Shown here piece by piece: positions 37,187 to 47,413 of a stretch of 64,000 nucleotides of DNA. The notes under the pieces are model-generated. The model made no database searches, was not told where the DNA came from, and saw only the letters and a program-made list of their open reading frames with translations. Made by a program: the position numbers and the translations under genes. Position 1 is the stretch's first letter. Each line of letters begins with the position of its first letter. The stretch covers positions 10,343 to 74,342 of the forward strand of contig CBDCGI010000005.1 of NCBI GenBank assembly GCA_965216725.1. The letters are read 5' to 3'. This stretch comes from Acidimicrobiia bacterium (GTDB taxonomy: Bacteria > Actinomycetota > Acidimicrobiia > Spongiisociales > ZC4RG35).

Positions 37187-37723
37187 GTGGTGCAACGAAT
37201 CTCTGTCATCGGCTCGTCAGGATCGGGCAAGACAACAGTCGCTCGTCGCCTTTCCCGCGTCTTGGGCCTGCCCCATTTGGAGCTCGACTCAGTGTTCCAT
37301 CAGCCGGGTTGGGAACCCCTCCCCGATCCAGAATTCCGGGCACGGCTGGAAGAATTCGCGTCGGGTCCGAAGTGGGTGGTCGATGGCAACTACACCAGCC
37401 ACGGCACCGCCGAGCTGGTCTGGCCCCGAGCCGATTCGGTCGTCTGGTTGGACTTGCCCAGGCGTTCGACCACCTGGAGGGTGACCAAAAGAACCATCAA
37501 GAGGGCCGTGACACGTGAAGAGCTGTGGAACGGGAATCGGGAGCCTTTGACCAACCTCTACAGCCCTGACCCCTACAAGAACATCGTGGTTTGGTCCTGG
37601 ACAAGACACCGTGGGACCCGTCACCGGTATGAGGAACACCAAAAGTTGGGGACCTGGTCCCACTGCGAGGTCCATCGGCTCCGTTCTAGAACTGACGTTG
37701 AAGTCCTGTTGGCCAGCCTGTAA
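37187..37723 (+). CDS. P-loop NTPase of the adenylate-kinase / topology-modulation (FlaR-like) type.
   Basis: Walker A VIGSSGSGKTTVARRL and a small kinase-like fold. Confidence 0.5.
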   Translation: MVQRISVIGSSGSGKTTVARRLSRVLGLPHLELDSVFHQPGWEPLPDPEFRARLEEFASGPKWVVDGNYTSHGTAELVWPRADSVVWLDLPRRSTTWRVTKRTIKRAVTREELWNGNREPLTNLYSPDPYKNIVVWSWTRHRGTRHRYEEHQKLGTWSHCEVHRLRSRTDVEVLLASL

Positions 37724-37737
37724 CTACGATCCCGAGC

Positions 37738-38979
37738 ATGTCCTCCTTCTGGCACCCATTTGCGGAGATGTCCCGGGTCAAGCTGGATCCCTTCATCATC
37801 GACCGTGGCGAAGGCATCTACGTCTACGACGAGTCTGGCAAGCGTTACCTCGATGCGGCAGCTTCTCTTTGGTACATGAACGTCGGCTACGGGCGCGACC
37901 AGATCCTCGACGCGATGGACGCCCAGGCCCGCAAACTCCCCGCTTTCCACACATTCATCGACTACGCCACGAGGCCACCGCTCCAACTAGCCGAGAGAAT
38001 CGCCGCGGTAGCCCCGATCCCTGACTCCAAGGTCTTCTTCGGATCGGGGGGATCTGACGCCGTGGACAGCGCGGCCAAGATCGCGAGACGATACTTCAGC
38101 GTCATCGGGCAACCCGAGCGGACCGTTTTCATCTCACGGGAGTGGGCTTATCACGGCATGCACCCGTATGGCACGACACTCGGAGGGTTGGAGGCGAACC
38201 GAGAAGGCTACGGGGGTGATCTGGTCAGCGACGTGGTGCGCGTGCCTCATGACGATCCTGAGGCAGTGGAGAAGGCCATTGAGCACGCAGGCCCGGAGCG
38301 TATCGCCGGCATCTTTGTCGAGCCGGTGATAGGAGCCGGCGGAATCAGGCCCGTTGACGCCGACTACCTCCAGACGGTTCAACGGCTGGTCCACGATGCC
38401 GGCGGTGTCTATGTCTCGGACGAGGTCATCACAGGGTTCGGTCGGGCCGGCGACCATTGGTTTGCAGCGACCAAGTTCGGCCTGGAGCCTGATCTGATCA
38501 CGTTTGCCAAAGGCGTCACCTGTGGATACGCCCCACTGGGTGGGGTTATCGCGGCCCCTCACATCGCCGAGCCCTTCTTCACGCAGCCGGGCCTCGTCTT
38601 CCGCCACGGTTACACCTACTCCGGCCATTCCGTGGCGTGCGTGGCCGGCCTGGAGGTGATGTCCATCATCGAGGCCGAAGGGCTGCTGGAGCGGGCGGGC
38701 AAGCTCGAGCAGGAGATCTACCAAGCCCTGACGCCACTCGAAGAACTCGAGGTGGTCGACCACATCAGACGCGGCGTCGGGGCCCTCGCCGCCATTCAGC
38801 TTCGAACCGGCGACGACGAGACCCTGCCCAATCGCGCGGCGGCCGCCTGCCGCGAAAAAGGAATCATCACCCGTGCCATCGCCGGGGGTGGACTCCAGGT
38901 TTCGCCACCCTTGATCATGTCCAAGGCTCAGGTCGTCGAAATGTCGGAGCTCTTCGCTGCCGGTCTCGGGACCCTGTGA
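37738..38979 (+). CDS. Class-III (omega) aminotransferase, putrescine / beta-alanine-pyruvate transaminase-like.
   Basis: AASLWYMNVGYGR, DEVITGFGRAG and FAKGVTCGY (PLP Lys). Confidence 0.8.
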   Translation: MSSFWHPFAEMSRVKLDPFIIDRGEGIYVYDESGKRYLDAAASLWYMNVGYGRDQILDAMDAQARKLPAFHTFIDYATRPPLQLAERIAAVAPIPDSKVFFGSGGSDAVDSAAKIARRYFSVIGQPERTVFISREWAYHGMHPYGTTLGGLEANREGYGGDLVSDVVRVPHDDPEAVEKAIEHAGPERIAGIFVEPVIGAGGIRPVDADYLQTVQRLVHDAGGVYVSDEVITGFGRAGDHWFAATKFGLEPDLITFAKGVTCGYAPLGGVIAAPHIAEPFFTQPGLVFRHGYTYSGHSVACVAGLEVMSIIEAEGLLERAGKLEQEIYQALTPLEELEVVDHIRRGVGALAAIQLRTGDDETLPNRAAAACREKGIITRAIAGGGLQVSPPLIMSKAQVVEMSELFAAGLGTL

Positions 38980-40250
38980 AATCGACCCCATTCTGGGTCG
39001 ATGACTTTCCCAGGCCCCATGGACTTGACACAGCGCTGCCAGGAGAGACCGATTATCTGATCGTCGGCTCCGGCCTGACCGGGCTCTCTTGTGCGTTGCG
39101 CCTGGCAGACTCCGGGAAACGCGTGACCATCCTCGACTCGGGCGAGATCGCGTCTGGCGCCTCGTCGATGAATGGGGGGATGGTGTCCCCCGACGTCAAA
39201 GCGGGGATGAAAGCGATCGAGGCACGACATGGCCCCTCTGTCGCTGACGAGATGTGGGCATCCACGGTGGAATCGGTGACGCTCATCGACGACATCGATA
39301 GTCGCTACGGGCTCGACGCCGTGGTCGCCAGGGGCGGGATGACCGGTCTCGGCCTGCGGGCTGACGACCTGAGCCGGTTCCGCGACCAAGTCGACTGGTA
39401 CAACGAGAGATTCGATACCGGCTGGCAGGCCGTGGACCGGGAAGGGATCGGCGCCCTTGTAGGTGAATCCAGAGCCTTCACCGCCGCCTTCTACGAGCCC
39501 GAAGGGCTCGGGGTCCACCCCGCCCGTCTCGCTTTTGGGTTGGCCAGGGTGGCTAGGGACGCGGGAGTTGACCTGGTGCCCCAGGCCGGCGCGGAAGTGA
39601 TCGAAAGCGACCGATCCGGATTCGCCATACGCACCGCTCAGGGTCGGGTGAAGGCAGGGAATGTCATCTTGGCAACCAATGGATACACAACAACTCGGCC
39701 GCTGCCCGCTCTGAGAAAGAAGTTGGTTCCGGTCGGTTCCTACGTGATCGTGACGGAGCCTCTTCCTGAGGCAACCGCCAAGGCCATCTTCCCCACCAAC
39801 TCGATGGCCTACACGCCCCGGCGTCTCCTCAACTACATGAGGAGAACTCACGACAACAGAATCCTCATAGGCGGGCGGCGAAACCTGCGTACCGGCCTCG
39901 ATCTCGAAGAGTCGGCTGCCGATCTAAGACGCCGGCTCATCCAGTTCTGGCCTCATTTGGAAGAGACCGAGATCAGTCACGTTTGGGGCGGTCAACTCGC
40001 AGTGCCTTTCGACCTGACACCCCATATCGGACGTATCGGTGGGGTGTGGTACGCCCTGGGATATGCCGGCCACGGAGTCGCCCTTTCTACTCAGCTCGGC
40101 CACGAGCTTGGGGGGATGCTTCTCGGAGAGAGCGCGCCCAGCGTCTACAGCCGCATCCCGCATAGGGGACGGTTCTACTACAGGGGACGCCCATGGTTCC
40201 TGGGCCCAGCCTCGATTCTCTTCAGGACTCTCGACAGATTCGGCCGATAG
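38976..40250 (+). CDS. FAD-dependent oxidoreductase, DAO-family, gamma-glutamylputrescine oxidase-like.
   Basis: GTG start overlapping the previous stop (GTGA). DYLIVGSGLTGLSCA dinucleotide-binding motif. The long N-terminal extension of the track ORF is not supported. Confidence 0.75.
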   Translation: MKSTPFWVDDFPRPHGLDTALPGETDYLIVGSGLTGLSCALRLADSGKRVTILDSGEIASGASSMNGGMVSPDVKAGMKAIEARHGPSVADEMWASTVESVTLIDDIDSRYGLDAVVARGGMTGLGLRADDLSRFRDQVDWYNERFDTGWQAVDREGIGALVGESRAFTAAFYEPEGLGVHPARLAFGLARVARDAGVDLVPQAGAEVIESDRSGFAIRTAQGRVKAGNVILATNGYTTTRPLPALRKKLVPVGSYVIVTEPLPEATAKAIFPTNSMAYTPRRLLNYMRRTHDNRILIGGRRNLRTGLDLEESAADLRRRLIQFWPHLEETEISHVWGGQLAVPFDLTPHIGRIGGVWYALGYAGHGVALSTQLGHELGGMLLGESAPSVYSRIPHRGRFYYRGRPWFLGPASILFRTLDRFGR

Positions 40251-40260
40251 GGTTGTGCGA

Positions 40261-40557
40261 ATGACGATTTGCCCGTTTGCTCTGGCGACCGGCACCGCGT
40301 GCCCGGGGTGTGGAATGACCCGGGCGGTGATCAACTTGCTGAAGGGTGACATCGGAGCCGCCGTCGAGTTTCACCCTCTGGCTCCACTGATTCTTGGCCA
40401 GCTCGTCTTCATGGCCGTCTGGTGGTTCTTGCGGCGAAGTGACGCGGTCGGACCCATCCCGCGCCGGGTGGGCAACGCTGTGGTTGTCGTCACGGCGCTC
40501 GCCATGCTCTCGGTTTGGGGAATGAGGCTCTCGGTCGGAGGGCTGCCCCCGGTGTGA
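40261..40557 (+). CDS. DUF2752-domain membrane protein.
   Basis: CPFALATGTACPGCGMTRA signature followed by two TM helices. Confidence 0.5.
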   Translation: MTICPFALATGTACPGCGMTRAVINLLKGDIGAAVEFHPLAPLILGQLVFMAVWWFLRRSDAVGPIPRRVGNAVVVVTALAMLSVWGMRLSVGGLPPV

Positions 40558-40574
40558 GCACCTAGCTCCTCAGC

Positions 40575-41435
40575 TCAGGCGGCGAGGTCGATTTCGGGTT
40601 TTGGCTCCCTGTCGAGAGGTTTGCTCTCGGGTCGCCTGCGCTTCCCGTACCAAGTCGCCACCACCGCAGCGGCGGCAGTAGCTCCAACGATCAGGGGCTC
40701 CGTCCAGTGGCCCCCAAGGACGGAAGAAGCTGCCTCGGACACCGGCGCCCTCCCCCCGCCCGGGTCGACGACCCAAGAGCCGATCCGCAACAGCACCGCA
40801 AATGACAGCCCGCCCAGCGCGATTCGTTCCAGCAGTCTCCTCGCTTCGGCCGACTTGTCATCGGAGGTTGTCAGCAAGTAAGCACCCACTGTGAGGAGAA
40901 CGAGCGCAGCGAGCACCGTCGCTATGCCAAGCCGGCTTGCGAGCTCGGACTCGGGACCTATGCGCGGGCGCTCTCCAGGCTCGTTTATGACCAGGGGGTC
41001 GAGATCCTCCACTACCGAATCGACTTCGGTCCGAGAGACGTCGAGTCCCGCCGTGCGGAGTGCCGCCGTGATCTCGGGAACGGAGGGCTCCATGGCGGCT
41101 GCAACATCCACCGATGAGCCCGCGGACCCGCCGGCCGCCGCCGCAGCGACGACCTCGGCGACGAGCTGGCTCAGCGCGTCGTCCACCGCTGAGGATGCCA
41201 GCACCTCAGCTGCGGCCAGGTCGGCACCGTCCCTTTCGAAACCGGCCGCCACAAGCTCCGCCTCCAGCCACCGTGAGAAACGGTCTTCGACCAACTGCGA
41301 CGCACCCAAAGGCGACGCGGCCTCGGCGAGGGCATCGGTATCCACCACAACAGCCCTTCCCCAAAGAGAAATGAAGAAGACGGATAGGGCGACGCTAAAC
41401 ACCCAGCCGGCGCTGTGATTCAACAGACGGCGCAT
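40575..41435 (-). CDS. Membrane protein, hypothetical.
   Basis: N- and C-terminal TM helices around an Ala/Asp-rich helical region. Confidence 0.4.
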   Translation of the reverse strand: MRRLLNHSAGWVFSVALSVFFISLWGRAVVVDTDALAEAASPLGASQLVEDRFSRWLEAELVAAGFERDGADLAAAEVLASSAVDDALSQLVAEVVAAAAAGGSAGSSVDVAAAMEPSVPEITAALRTAGLDVSRTEVDSVVEDLDPLVINEPGERPRIGPESELASRLGIATVLAALVLLTVGAYLLTTSDDKSAEARRLLERIALGGLSFAVLLRIGSWVVDPGGGRAPVSEAASSVLGGHWTEPLIVGATAAAAVVATWYGKRRRPESKPLDREPKPEIDLAA

Positions 41436-41439
41436 AGTC

Positions 41440-42522
41440 TCAGTTGATCACCAGGGCAGGGTTAGTGCGAATCCTCGGGCGTTTCTCCTCAACGGCCGAT
41501 GCCAGGGCTTCGAAGGACGCCTCCGCCTCCGAGCCCGGCGCTACAACCGAGACCGGGTGACCGGAGTCGGCACCCCGTCCCATCGCCGGGACCAAGGGTA
41601 TCTGGGCCATGAGGTCCACCCCGAGCTCTTCAGCAAGGGTTGCGCCTCCCCCGGAGCCAAACAGCTCATATCGCTTGCCGTCATCCCCGGTGAACCAGGA
41701 CATGTTCTCGACGACACCAACCACCTCTTGATCGACCTCGGCGGCCATCAGAGCCGCACGTCGGGCGACTCGCTGTGCGGTTGGTTGCGGCGTGGTGACC
41801 AACACCACCTGAGCACGGGGAAGGAACTGCGACATCGAAATCGCGATGTCTCCGGTTCCGGGAGGCATGTCCACGATCAGGAAATCCGGGTTGTCCCAAA
41901 ACACGTCCTTCAGGAACTGTTCAATGGCTCGATGCAACATGGGTCCCCGCCAGATGACGGCTTTGTCCTCCCCGACGAAGTAATCCATGGACATGACCTT
42001 CACCCCGAAGGCAACGGGAGGGATGATCGACTCGCCCAGCATCGTGGGAGGGTGATCAACTCCCATCATCGCCGGTACCGAGAAACCCCAGATGTCACCG
42101 TCCACGATTCCGACGGTGTGCCCTGAGCGACGCATGGCGACGGCCAAGTTGCAGCTGACCGACGACTTCCCGACGCCTCCTTTCCCCGAAGACACGGCAA
42201 CCACACGGGTCGTAGAGCCTGGCTGGCCGATACCTGGCCCTGATTTGGCAACGAGCTCGGCCATCCACCTCCCTGCTGACTCCTCATCCAGGACATCGGC
42301 AGTGATGTCGGCGCCTCGGCCGAACGGCTCCAAGGCATCCCGCAAGAGAGACTCGAGGTCTTCGGGCGCAGCAGGCGAGGGAAGAAGGAGATCCACCTTC
42401 ACCTTGCCAGTCACGGTCTTCGAGACGTCTTTGACCATTCCCAGCTCCCCAAGCGTCCTACCGACGAACATCGGCGATTCGATGGACGCGACAGCTTGTC
42501 GTGCTTGATCTGTGACGGACAT
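41440..42522 (-). CDS. mrp: Mrp/ApbC/NBP35-family iron-sulfur cluster carrier ATPase.
   Basis: N-terminal DUF59/MIP18-like segment, then VSSGKGGVGKSSVSCNLA deviant Walker A, and a C-terminal CxxC (CNLxxxC). Confidence 0.85.
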   Translation of the reverse strand: MSVTDQARQAVASIESPMFVGRTLGELGMVKDVSKTVTGKVKVDLLLPSPAAPEDLESLLRDALEPFGRGADITADVLDEESAGRWMAELVAKSGPGIGQPGSTTRVVAVSSGKGGVGKSSVSCNLAVAMRRSGHTVGIVDGDIWGFSVPAMMGVDHPPTMLGESIIPPVAFGVKVMSMDYFVGEDKAVIWRGPMLHRAIEQFLKDVFWDNPDFLIVDMPPGTGDIAISMSQFLPRAQVVLVTTPQPTAQRVARRAALMAAEVDQEVVGVVENMSWFTGDDGKRYELFGSGGGATLAEELGVDLMAQIPLVPAMGRGADSGHPVSVVAPGSEAEASFEALASAVEEKRPRIRTNPALVIN

Positions 42523-42546
42523 GTTTCCCCTACGACAGCAGTGGTT

Positions 42547-42562
42547 AGAAGACCTCGAAAAC
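42547..42562. promoter_or_regulatory. Perfect 16-bp palindrome GAAAACTATAGTTTTC in the divergent mrp / regulator intergenic region. Candidate operator.
   Basis: Self-complementary sequence read directly. Lies 28 nt upstream of the regulator's ATG. Confidence 0.45.
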
Positions 42563-42589
42563 TATAGTTTTCAGCAGGCAATATCAGGC

Positions 42590-43306
42590 ATGGACACCAA
42601 GACACTCGATCGGCAGATCAAAGATCTCACCTCGGCACTAGGCGATCCGACCCGGCGCGCCATCTACATCTCGGTGCGGGAGTCGGCGAAGCCGCTCACC
42701 ACGTCCGAGATCGCCGGCCTGTTCGGAGTTCACCCCAATGTGGCACGGCATCATCTCGACCTCCTGGTCGAGGAGGGCTTCTTGTCCGTTGCCCCTCCCC
42801 GGCGACGCAACGGCGGCCCCGGCGCCGGACGCCCGGCAAAGCGTTACGAGGCCACCAGCAAAGAAGTCTCCGTGCACTTCGCACCGCGCCGGTTCGAGAT
42901 GCTCGTCGAGATGCTGATCAAAGTTCTCGACGAGTTGGGGCCGGAGAATATCTCTGAGGTCGCAGAAAAAGTGGGTCGCTCATACGGGGAGGAGCTGGCT
43001 GTCGAGATCGGTCCCAGCACCCAGCCCGGCTATGACGACGCCATACAGGCGGTAGCTCAGGCAATGACCGGCTTGGGATTCTCCATCAACCCCGAGCCGG
43101 AGGAGCACCGACTCCTGACTTCCCACTGCCCGTTCGGGGAGGCGGCAACCAATCACCCCGAAGTGATCTGCTCTCTCGACAGAGGCATCGTCGCCGGTCT
43201 CTTTGGGGGTCTGTCTTACTCCTGCGACCCCGTGGTGATTCCTCACAAGGTGCTCGAAGACGACTGCGTTACCGAAGTGCCCGTCACCATCGGCGTTTCG
43301 GGTTAG
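42590..43306 (+). CDS. ArsR-type winged-HTH regulator with a Cys-rich C-terminal domain (SufR-like).
   Basis: LGDPTRRAIYISVRESAKPLTTSEIAGLFGVHPNVARHHLDLLVEEGFL is an ArsR HTH. Four C-terminal Cys residues. The track ORF start at 42512 would overlap mrp, so the ATG at 42590 is preferred. Confidence 0.55.
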   Translation: MDTKTLDRQIKDLTSALGDPTRRAIYISVRESAKPLTTSEIAGLFGVHPNVARHHLDLLVEEGFLSVAPPRRRNGGPGAGRPAKRYEATSKEVSVHFAPRRFEMLVEMLIKVLDELGPENISEVAEKVGRSYGEELAVEIGPSTQPGYDDAIQAVAQAMTGLGFSINPEPEEHRLLTSHCPFGEAATNHPEVICSLDRGIVAGLFGGLSYSCDPVVIPHKVLEDDCVTEVPVTIGVSG

Positions 43307-43418
43307 TGGTTTCGGCGTTCGAAAAACCTCACGTTGTTCGCGGCTGTGCCCTGATAGAGAAGGCGGAGGGCCGAATTAGTGTCATGAGAAAGAACAACTG
43401 ACGACCCGAAAGGCGACC

Positions 43419-46142
43419 ATGAACCACGATCCATTCGGGGCGCGCGCTGCGATCGACACCCCATTGGGCCCACGCCAGATCGTCCGGCTCGACGCAATCG
43501 ACGGCGCCGACAACTTGCCCTACTCGATCAAGGTCCTGCTCGAATCCGCGCTTCGCAACTTGGACGGAACCTCCATCACAGCGGACGACGTAGAGCGGAT
43601 TGCCCGCTACGACGCGACCAAGGTCGGGGACCAGGAGGTCCCCTTCATACCGGGCAGGGTGGTCCTCCAGGACTTCACCGGAGTACCAGCCGTTGTCGAC
43701 CTGGCAGCCATGCGCTCTGCCATTGTCCGGATGACGGGCGACCAGACTGCCGCCCTCAAGGTGAACCCACAAATCCCCGCTGACTTGGTGATCGACCATT
43801 CGGTCCAGGTCGATGCCTTTGCGAGACCCGATGCACTTGTCATCAATTCGCGCAAGGAATTCGAGCGCAACCAGGAGCGGTACGAGTTCCTCAAGTGGGG
43901 ACAATCCGCCTTCGCCGACTTCCGGGTCGTCCCTCCCGCTACCGGCATCGTCCACCAGGTGAACCTGGAATATCTGGCCAGAGTCGCTTGGGACGACGGC
44001 ATCAGCATCTACCCCGACAGCCTGGTTGGCACAGACAGCCACACGACGATGATCAATGGTCTCGGAGTGGTGGGCTGGGGTGTTGGAGGAATCGAAGCCG
44101 AGGCGGCGATGGTGGGCCAGCCGATCTACATGCTCCTCCCGGAGGTCGTCGGCTTCAAGCTCACAGGTCAGCTCGCCGACGGCGCAACCGCGACCGATCT
44201 CGTGCTGCGGGTCACCGAGATGCTTCGGGCCCACGGCGTGGTGGGGAAATTCGTCGAATTCCATGGGCCGGGCCTGGCAGATATGCCCGTGGCCAACAGG
44301 GCAACCATCGCCAACATGGCCCCCGAGTACGGGGCGACCGTCGGGTTCTTCCCGGTCGACGATCAAACCCTCTCCTATTTGAGGCTGACGGGACGAGACG
44401 ACAAGCTGATTGACACCGTCGAGCAGTACTACAAACAGCAGGGCCTCTGGCATTCCGATCGCGACATCACCTACTCGGCATACCTAGACCTGGATATGTC
44501 GACGGTTGTCCCGTCGCTGGCCGGCCCGAAACGGCCCCAGGACCGCATCTCGCTGTCCGGCATGAAACACCAGTGGCGACAAGACCTGGCCAACACCTTT
44601 GGGCGGGCAAGCCAGGCCCACCACGGCACAGTCGGAGGCATGGCGGCCGAGGGCGGGCCACCGGCAAACGAGCCTTCAGCGCCTGGCACCGCGGAAGTCA
44701 CCTACGAGGGTGAGAGCCTCCAACTGCGAGATGGGCACGTGGTGATCGCTGCCATCACGTCGTGCACAAATACCTCGAACCCCGACGTGATGATCGGCGC
44801 AGGCCTCGTGGCGAGGAAGGCACGCGAACTCGGCCTGGCTAGGAAGCCCTGGGTGAAGTCTTCTCTTGCGCCGGGCTCCAAGGTGGTGACGGAGTATCTG
44901 CAGAGCGCAGGCTTGCTCGATGACCTGGAACATCTCGGCTTTCATGTGGTTGGATACGGGTGCACGACGTGCATCGGGAACTCCGGTCCCCTCCCGCCCG
45001 AGATCTCCCTTGGGATAAACCAAAACGATCTAGTCGCCGCCTCGGTGCTCTCCGGGAACCGGAATTTCGAAGGCCGAATCTCGCCTGACGTCAGGGCCAA
45101 CTATTTGGCTTCACCACCGCTGGTCGTGGCCTACGCGCTCGCCGGCACCGTCGACTGGGATCCTTCCAATGAGCCACTCGGGACCACCGACGATGGCACA
45201 GAGGTCTTCCTCTCGGATATCTGGCCTTCTCAGGAGGAGATCGCCGGCCTCGTCGCGGCCAACGTCAACCAGCATCAATTCACAGACAAATACTCGGATG
45301 TGTTTACAGGCTCCGAGGAATGGCGTGCGATCCGCACCCCAGAGTCGGCCCTCTACGAGTGGAAAGACGACTCGACCTACGTCCAGGAGCCACCTTTCTT
45401 CACCGAACTGACACCGGACGTGGGGCCGATTGAGGCGATCGTGGGAGCACGAGTCTTGGTGATGGTGGGGGACTCGGTGACGACCGACCACATCAGTCCC
45501 GCCGGTTCGATCGCAGCGAACTCTCCGGCGGGCCAATACTTGATAGAGAAAGGCGTTCAGCCAGCGATGTTCAACTCCTACGGCTCACGCCGTGGAAACG
45601 ACCGAGTCATGACACGGGGGACATTTGCCAACATCCGGGTTCGCAACCAGCTGGCACCCGGAACGGAAGGCGGCTGGACGACCGACTTCTTGGATGGTCA
45701 GCTCAAGTCGATCTACGAAGCTTCTATCCACTACCAGGCCGAAGGTGTTCCCTTGGTGGTCTTGGGAGGTCTCGATTACGGCATGGGATCGTCGCGCGAC
45801 TGGGCGGCAAAAGGATCCTTCCTGCTGGGGGTGCGTGCCGTCATCGTGGAGTCCTTCGAGCGGATTCACCGTTCCAATCTGGTGATGATGGGGATTCTCC
45901 CCCTTGAGTTTGCCGACGGCGACAACGCCGCCAGTTTGGGATTGGACGGGACCGAGGTCTTCGACATACCTGTGGGCGACGACTTGTCGCCAAAGCAGAG
46001 AATCTCCGTCACGGCTACGCGTCACGATGGGACCTCGATCTCCTTCGACTCGGTTGCGAGGGTCGACACACCCATCGAGGTGGACTATCTGCGCAATGGT
46101 GGGATCCTTCACTACGTGCTGAGAAGGATGGCCTCTGGCTGA
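43419..46142 (+). CDS. acnA: Aconitate hydratase A.
   Basis: 907 aa full-length aconitase with cluster-binding CTNTSN..CIGNSG motifs. Confidence 0.9.
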   Translation: MNHDPFGARAAIDTPLGPRQIVRLDAIDGADNLPYSIKVLLESALRNLDGTSITADDVERIARYDATKVGDQEVPFIPGRVVLQDFTGVPAVVDLAAMRSAIVRMTGDQTAALKVNPQIPADLVIDHSVQVDAFARPDALVINSRKEFERNQERYEFLKWGQSAFADFRVVPPATGIVHQVNLEYLARVAWDDGISIYPDSLVGTDSHTTMINGLGVVGWGVGGIEAEAAMVGQPIYMLLPEVVGFKLTGQLADGATATDLVLRVTEMLRAHGVVGKFVEFHGPGLADMPVANRATIANMAPEYGATVGFFPVDDQTLSYLRLTGRDDKLIDTVEQYYKQQGLWHSDRDITYSAYLDLDMSTVVPSLAGPKRPQDRISLSGMKHQWRQDLANTFGRASQAHHGTVGGMAAEGGPPANEPSAPGTAEVTYEGESLQLRDGHVVIAAITSCTNTSNPDVMIGAGLVARKARELGLARKPWVKSSLAPGSKVVTEYLQSAGLLDDLEHLGFHVVGYGCTTCIGNSGPLPPEISLGINQNDLVAASVLSGNRNFEGRISPDVRANYLASPPLVVAYALAGTVDWDPSNEPLGTTDDGTEVFLSDIWPSQEEIAGLVAANVNQHQFTDKYSDVFTGSEEWRAIRTPESALYEWKDDSTYVQEPPFFTELTPDVGPIEAIVGARVLVMVGDSVTTDHISPAGSIAANSPAGQYLIEKGVQPAMFNSYGSRRGNDRVMTRGTFANIRVRNQLAPGTEGGWTTDFLDGQLKSIYEASIHYQAEGVPLVVLGGLDYGMGSSRDWAAKGSFLLGVRAVIVESFERIHRSNLVMMGILPLEFADGDNAASLGLDGTEVFDIPVGDDLSPKQRISVTATRHDGTSISFDSVARVDTPIEVDYLRNGGILHYVLRRMASG

Positions 46143-46185
46143 AGACACCCCGATCACCCCTGATCCGCTGCCAACGAGGTTCGGG

Positions 46186-46689
46186 TTGCTCACCGCCGTG
46201 TTCCTCGGGGTGGTCGCGGTAGGGCTGGTTGTGGCCTGGATCGTCGCCGATGGCTCAGGGGACGATGTGGCGGGACGCAACAAGCCGGCCCCGAACTTCT
46301 TGGTGGATCTACTCGATGGCGGCGAATTCGAGCTCTCCGAGCACCTAGCCGAGGACGGGCGCCCGCTGGTGCTCAACCTCTGGGCCTCCTGGTGCGGGCC
46401 CTGCCGCGCCGAGATCCCGGAGATCTCTGATTGGGCTGCAGCCAACCCGGATGTCTACGTGTTGGGAGTAGCGGTCGAGGACCGTGAGGCCGATGCCCGC
46501 GAGCTCGCCGCTGAACTGGACCCGTCCTATGACCTGGCGATTGGCGACCAGGATTTCCGCAACTCATATCCGAGCATCGGGTTGCCGGCCACCTACTTCA
46601 TCGATGCGGACGGCGACATCGCCGAATTGGTCAACGGCATCGTCACAGCCGAGTCCCTCGACGAGATGGTGGGCGCTATATCCGGCTGA
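46186..46689 (+). CDS. TlpA/ResA-like membrane-anchored thiol:disulfide oxidoreductase.
   Basis: N-terminal TM helix and a WASWCGPCR thioredoxin-fold CxxC. Confidence 0.7.
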   Translation: MLTAVFLGVVAVGLVVAWIVADGSGDDVAGRNKPAPNFLVDLLDGGEFELSEHLAEDGRPLVLNLWASWCGPCRAEIPEISDWAAANPDVYVLGVAVEDREADARELAAELDPSYDLAIGDQDFRNSYPSIGLPATYFIDADGDIAELVNGIVTAESLDEMVGAISG

Positions 46690-47365
46690 GGTAGTCGATG
46701 TACTCCAGATTGGGGCCCGAAACCAGTTCCGCCGTGATGATGAGTCGCTCCCGGGCCGAGTACTTCGGGTTGCACGTGGTGAGCGTGAGCCAGCCGCCTT
46801 CTTTGGGGTTGGTGACCCAGACATCGGTTGGCAGAACGACAAACGCCTCACGGACCTCATAAACGTGAGTACCGATCGCCGTCTCGACTTCGATCACATC
46901 TCCCTCATCGAGCTGATCGAAATCGTGGAAGGGACGGCCGTAGGTGGTGCGGTGGCCAGATATGACGGAGTTTCCCGGCTGACCCGGCAGAGGTGTCTCC
47001 GGCATGTGTCCTGGCCCCTTGGTCAGAGTCTCTCGGTCGACACCTTCAAAGACGACAAAGTCGACGTCCAGCGTCGGTACTGAGATCCTGGCGAAACCGT
47101 CCCGGACGTCGGGCTCGGGCTCCTGGTAGAAGCTGACGGGCTCGGGCGGAGATCCGTCGGGCGTCGATTCGGGGACGACCTCCACGACATCGGGGGGCAC
47201 TGATCGCTGCTCTTCCAGATGCACAACAAGTTCTGCCTGGGCGTCGTCCTGCACTCGCGCATTGACAAAATCGGTGCCGTAGAGCTGCCAGCCGATGTAA
47301 CCGAAAATGAAGACGCCACTCCAAATGAGGGTCCAGCCCACAACCTGGATTCTTCGCCGCACCAA
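46676..47365 (-). CDS. Sortase (class E-like).
   Basis: N-terminal TM anchor, catalytic TLTTCNP (TLxTC) and conserved His region. Confidence 0.75.
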   Translation of the reverse strand: MVRRRIQVVGWTLIWSGVFIFGYIGWQLYGTDFVNARVQDDAQAELVVHLEEQRSVPPDVVEVVPESTPDGSPPEPVSFYQEPEPDVRDGFARISVPTLDVDFVVFEGVDRETLTKGPGHMPETPLPGQPGNSVISGHRTTYGRPFHDFDQLDEGDVIEVETAIGTHVYEVREAFVVLPTDVWVTNPKEGGWLTLTTCNPKYSARERLIITAELVSGPNLEYIDYLSRI

Positions 47366-47413
47366 GTCAGGCTAAATCGGGTTCGAGCAAAAGCTTCTAG
47401 GTCTCAAGACCAA

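Noticed and set aside
38637-40250. 537-aa ORF extending the FAD oxidase 5' into the aminotransferase gene; similar N-terminal extensions occur at 52563..54158, 61469..62482, 10880..11617, 11155..12234 and 19686..20609.
   Set aside because: The extensions are out-of-frame read-through of the neighbouring gene and translate to Arg-rich junk. Conserved N-termini and RBS-like sequences support the shorter starts reported in the features.
42512-42589. Start of the ArsR/SufR-like regulator at 42512, as in the ORF track.
   Set aside because: That start would overlap the divergent mrp start codon by 11 nt and read through a perfect 16-bp palindrome. The ATG at 42590 leaves a normal divergent promoter region.
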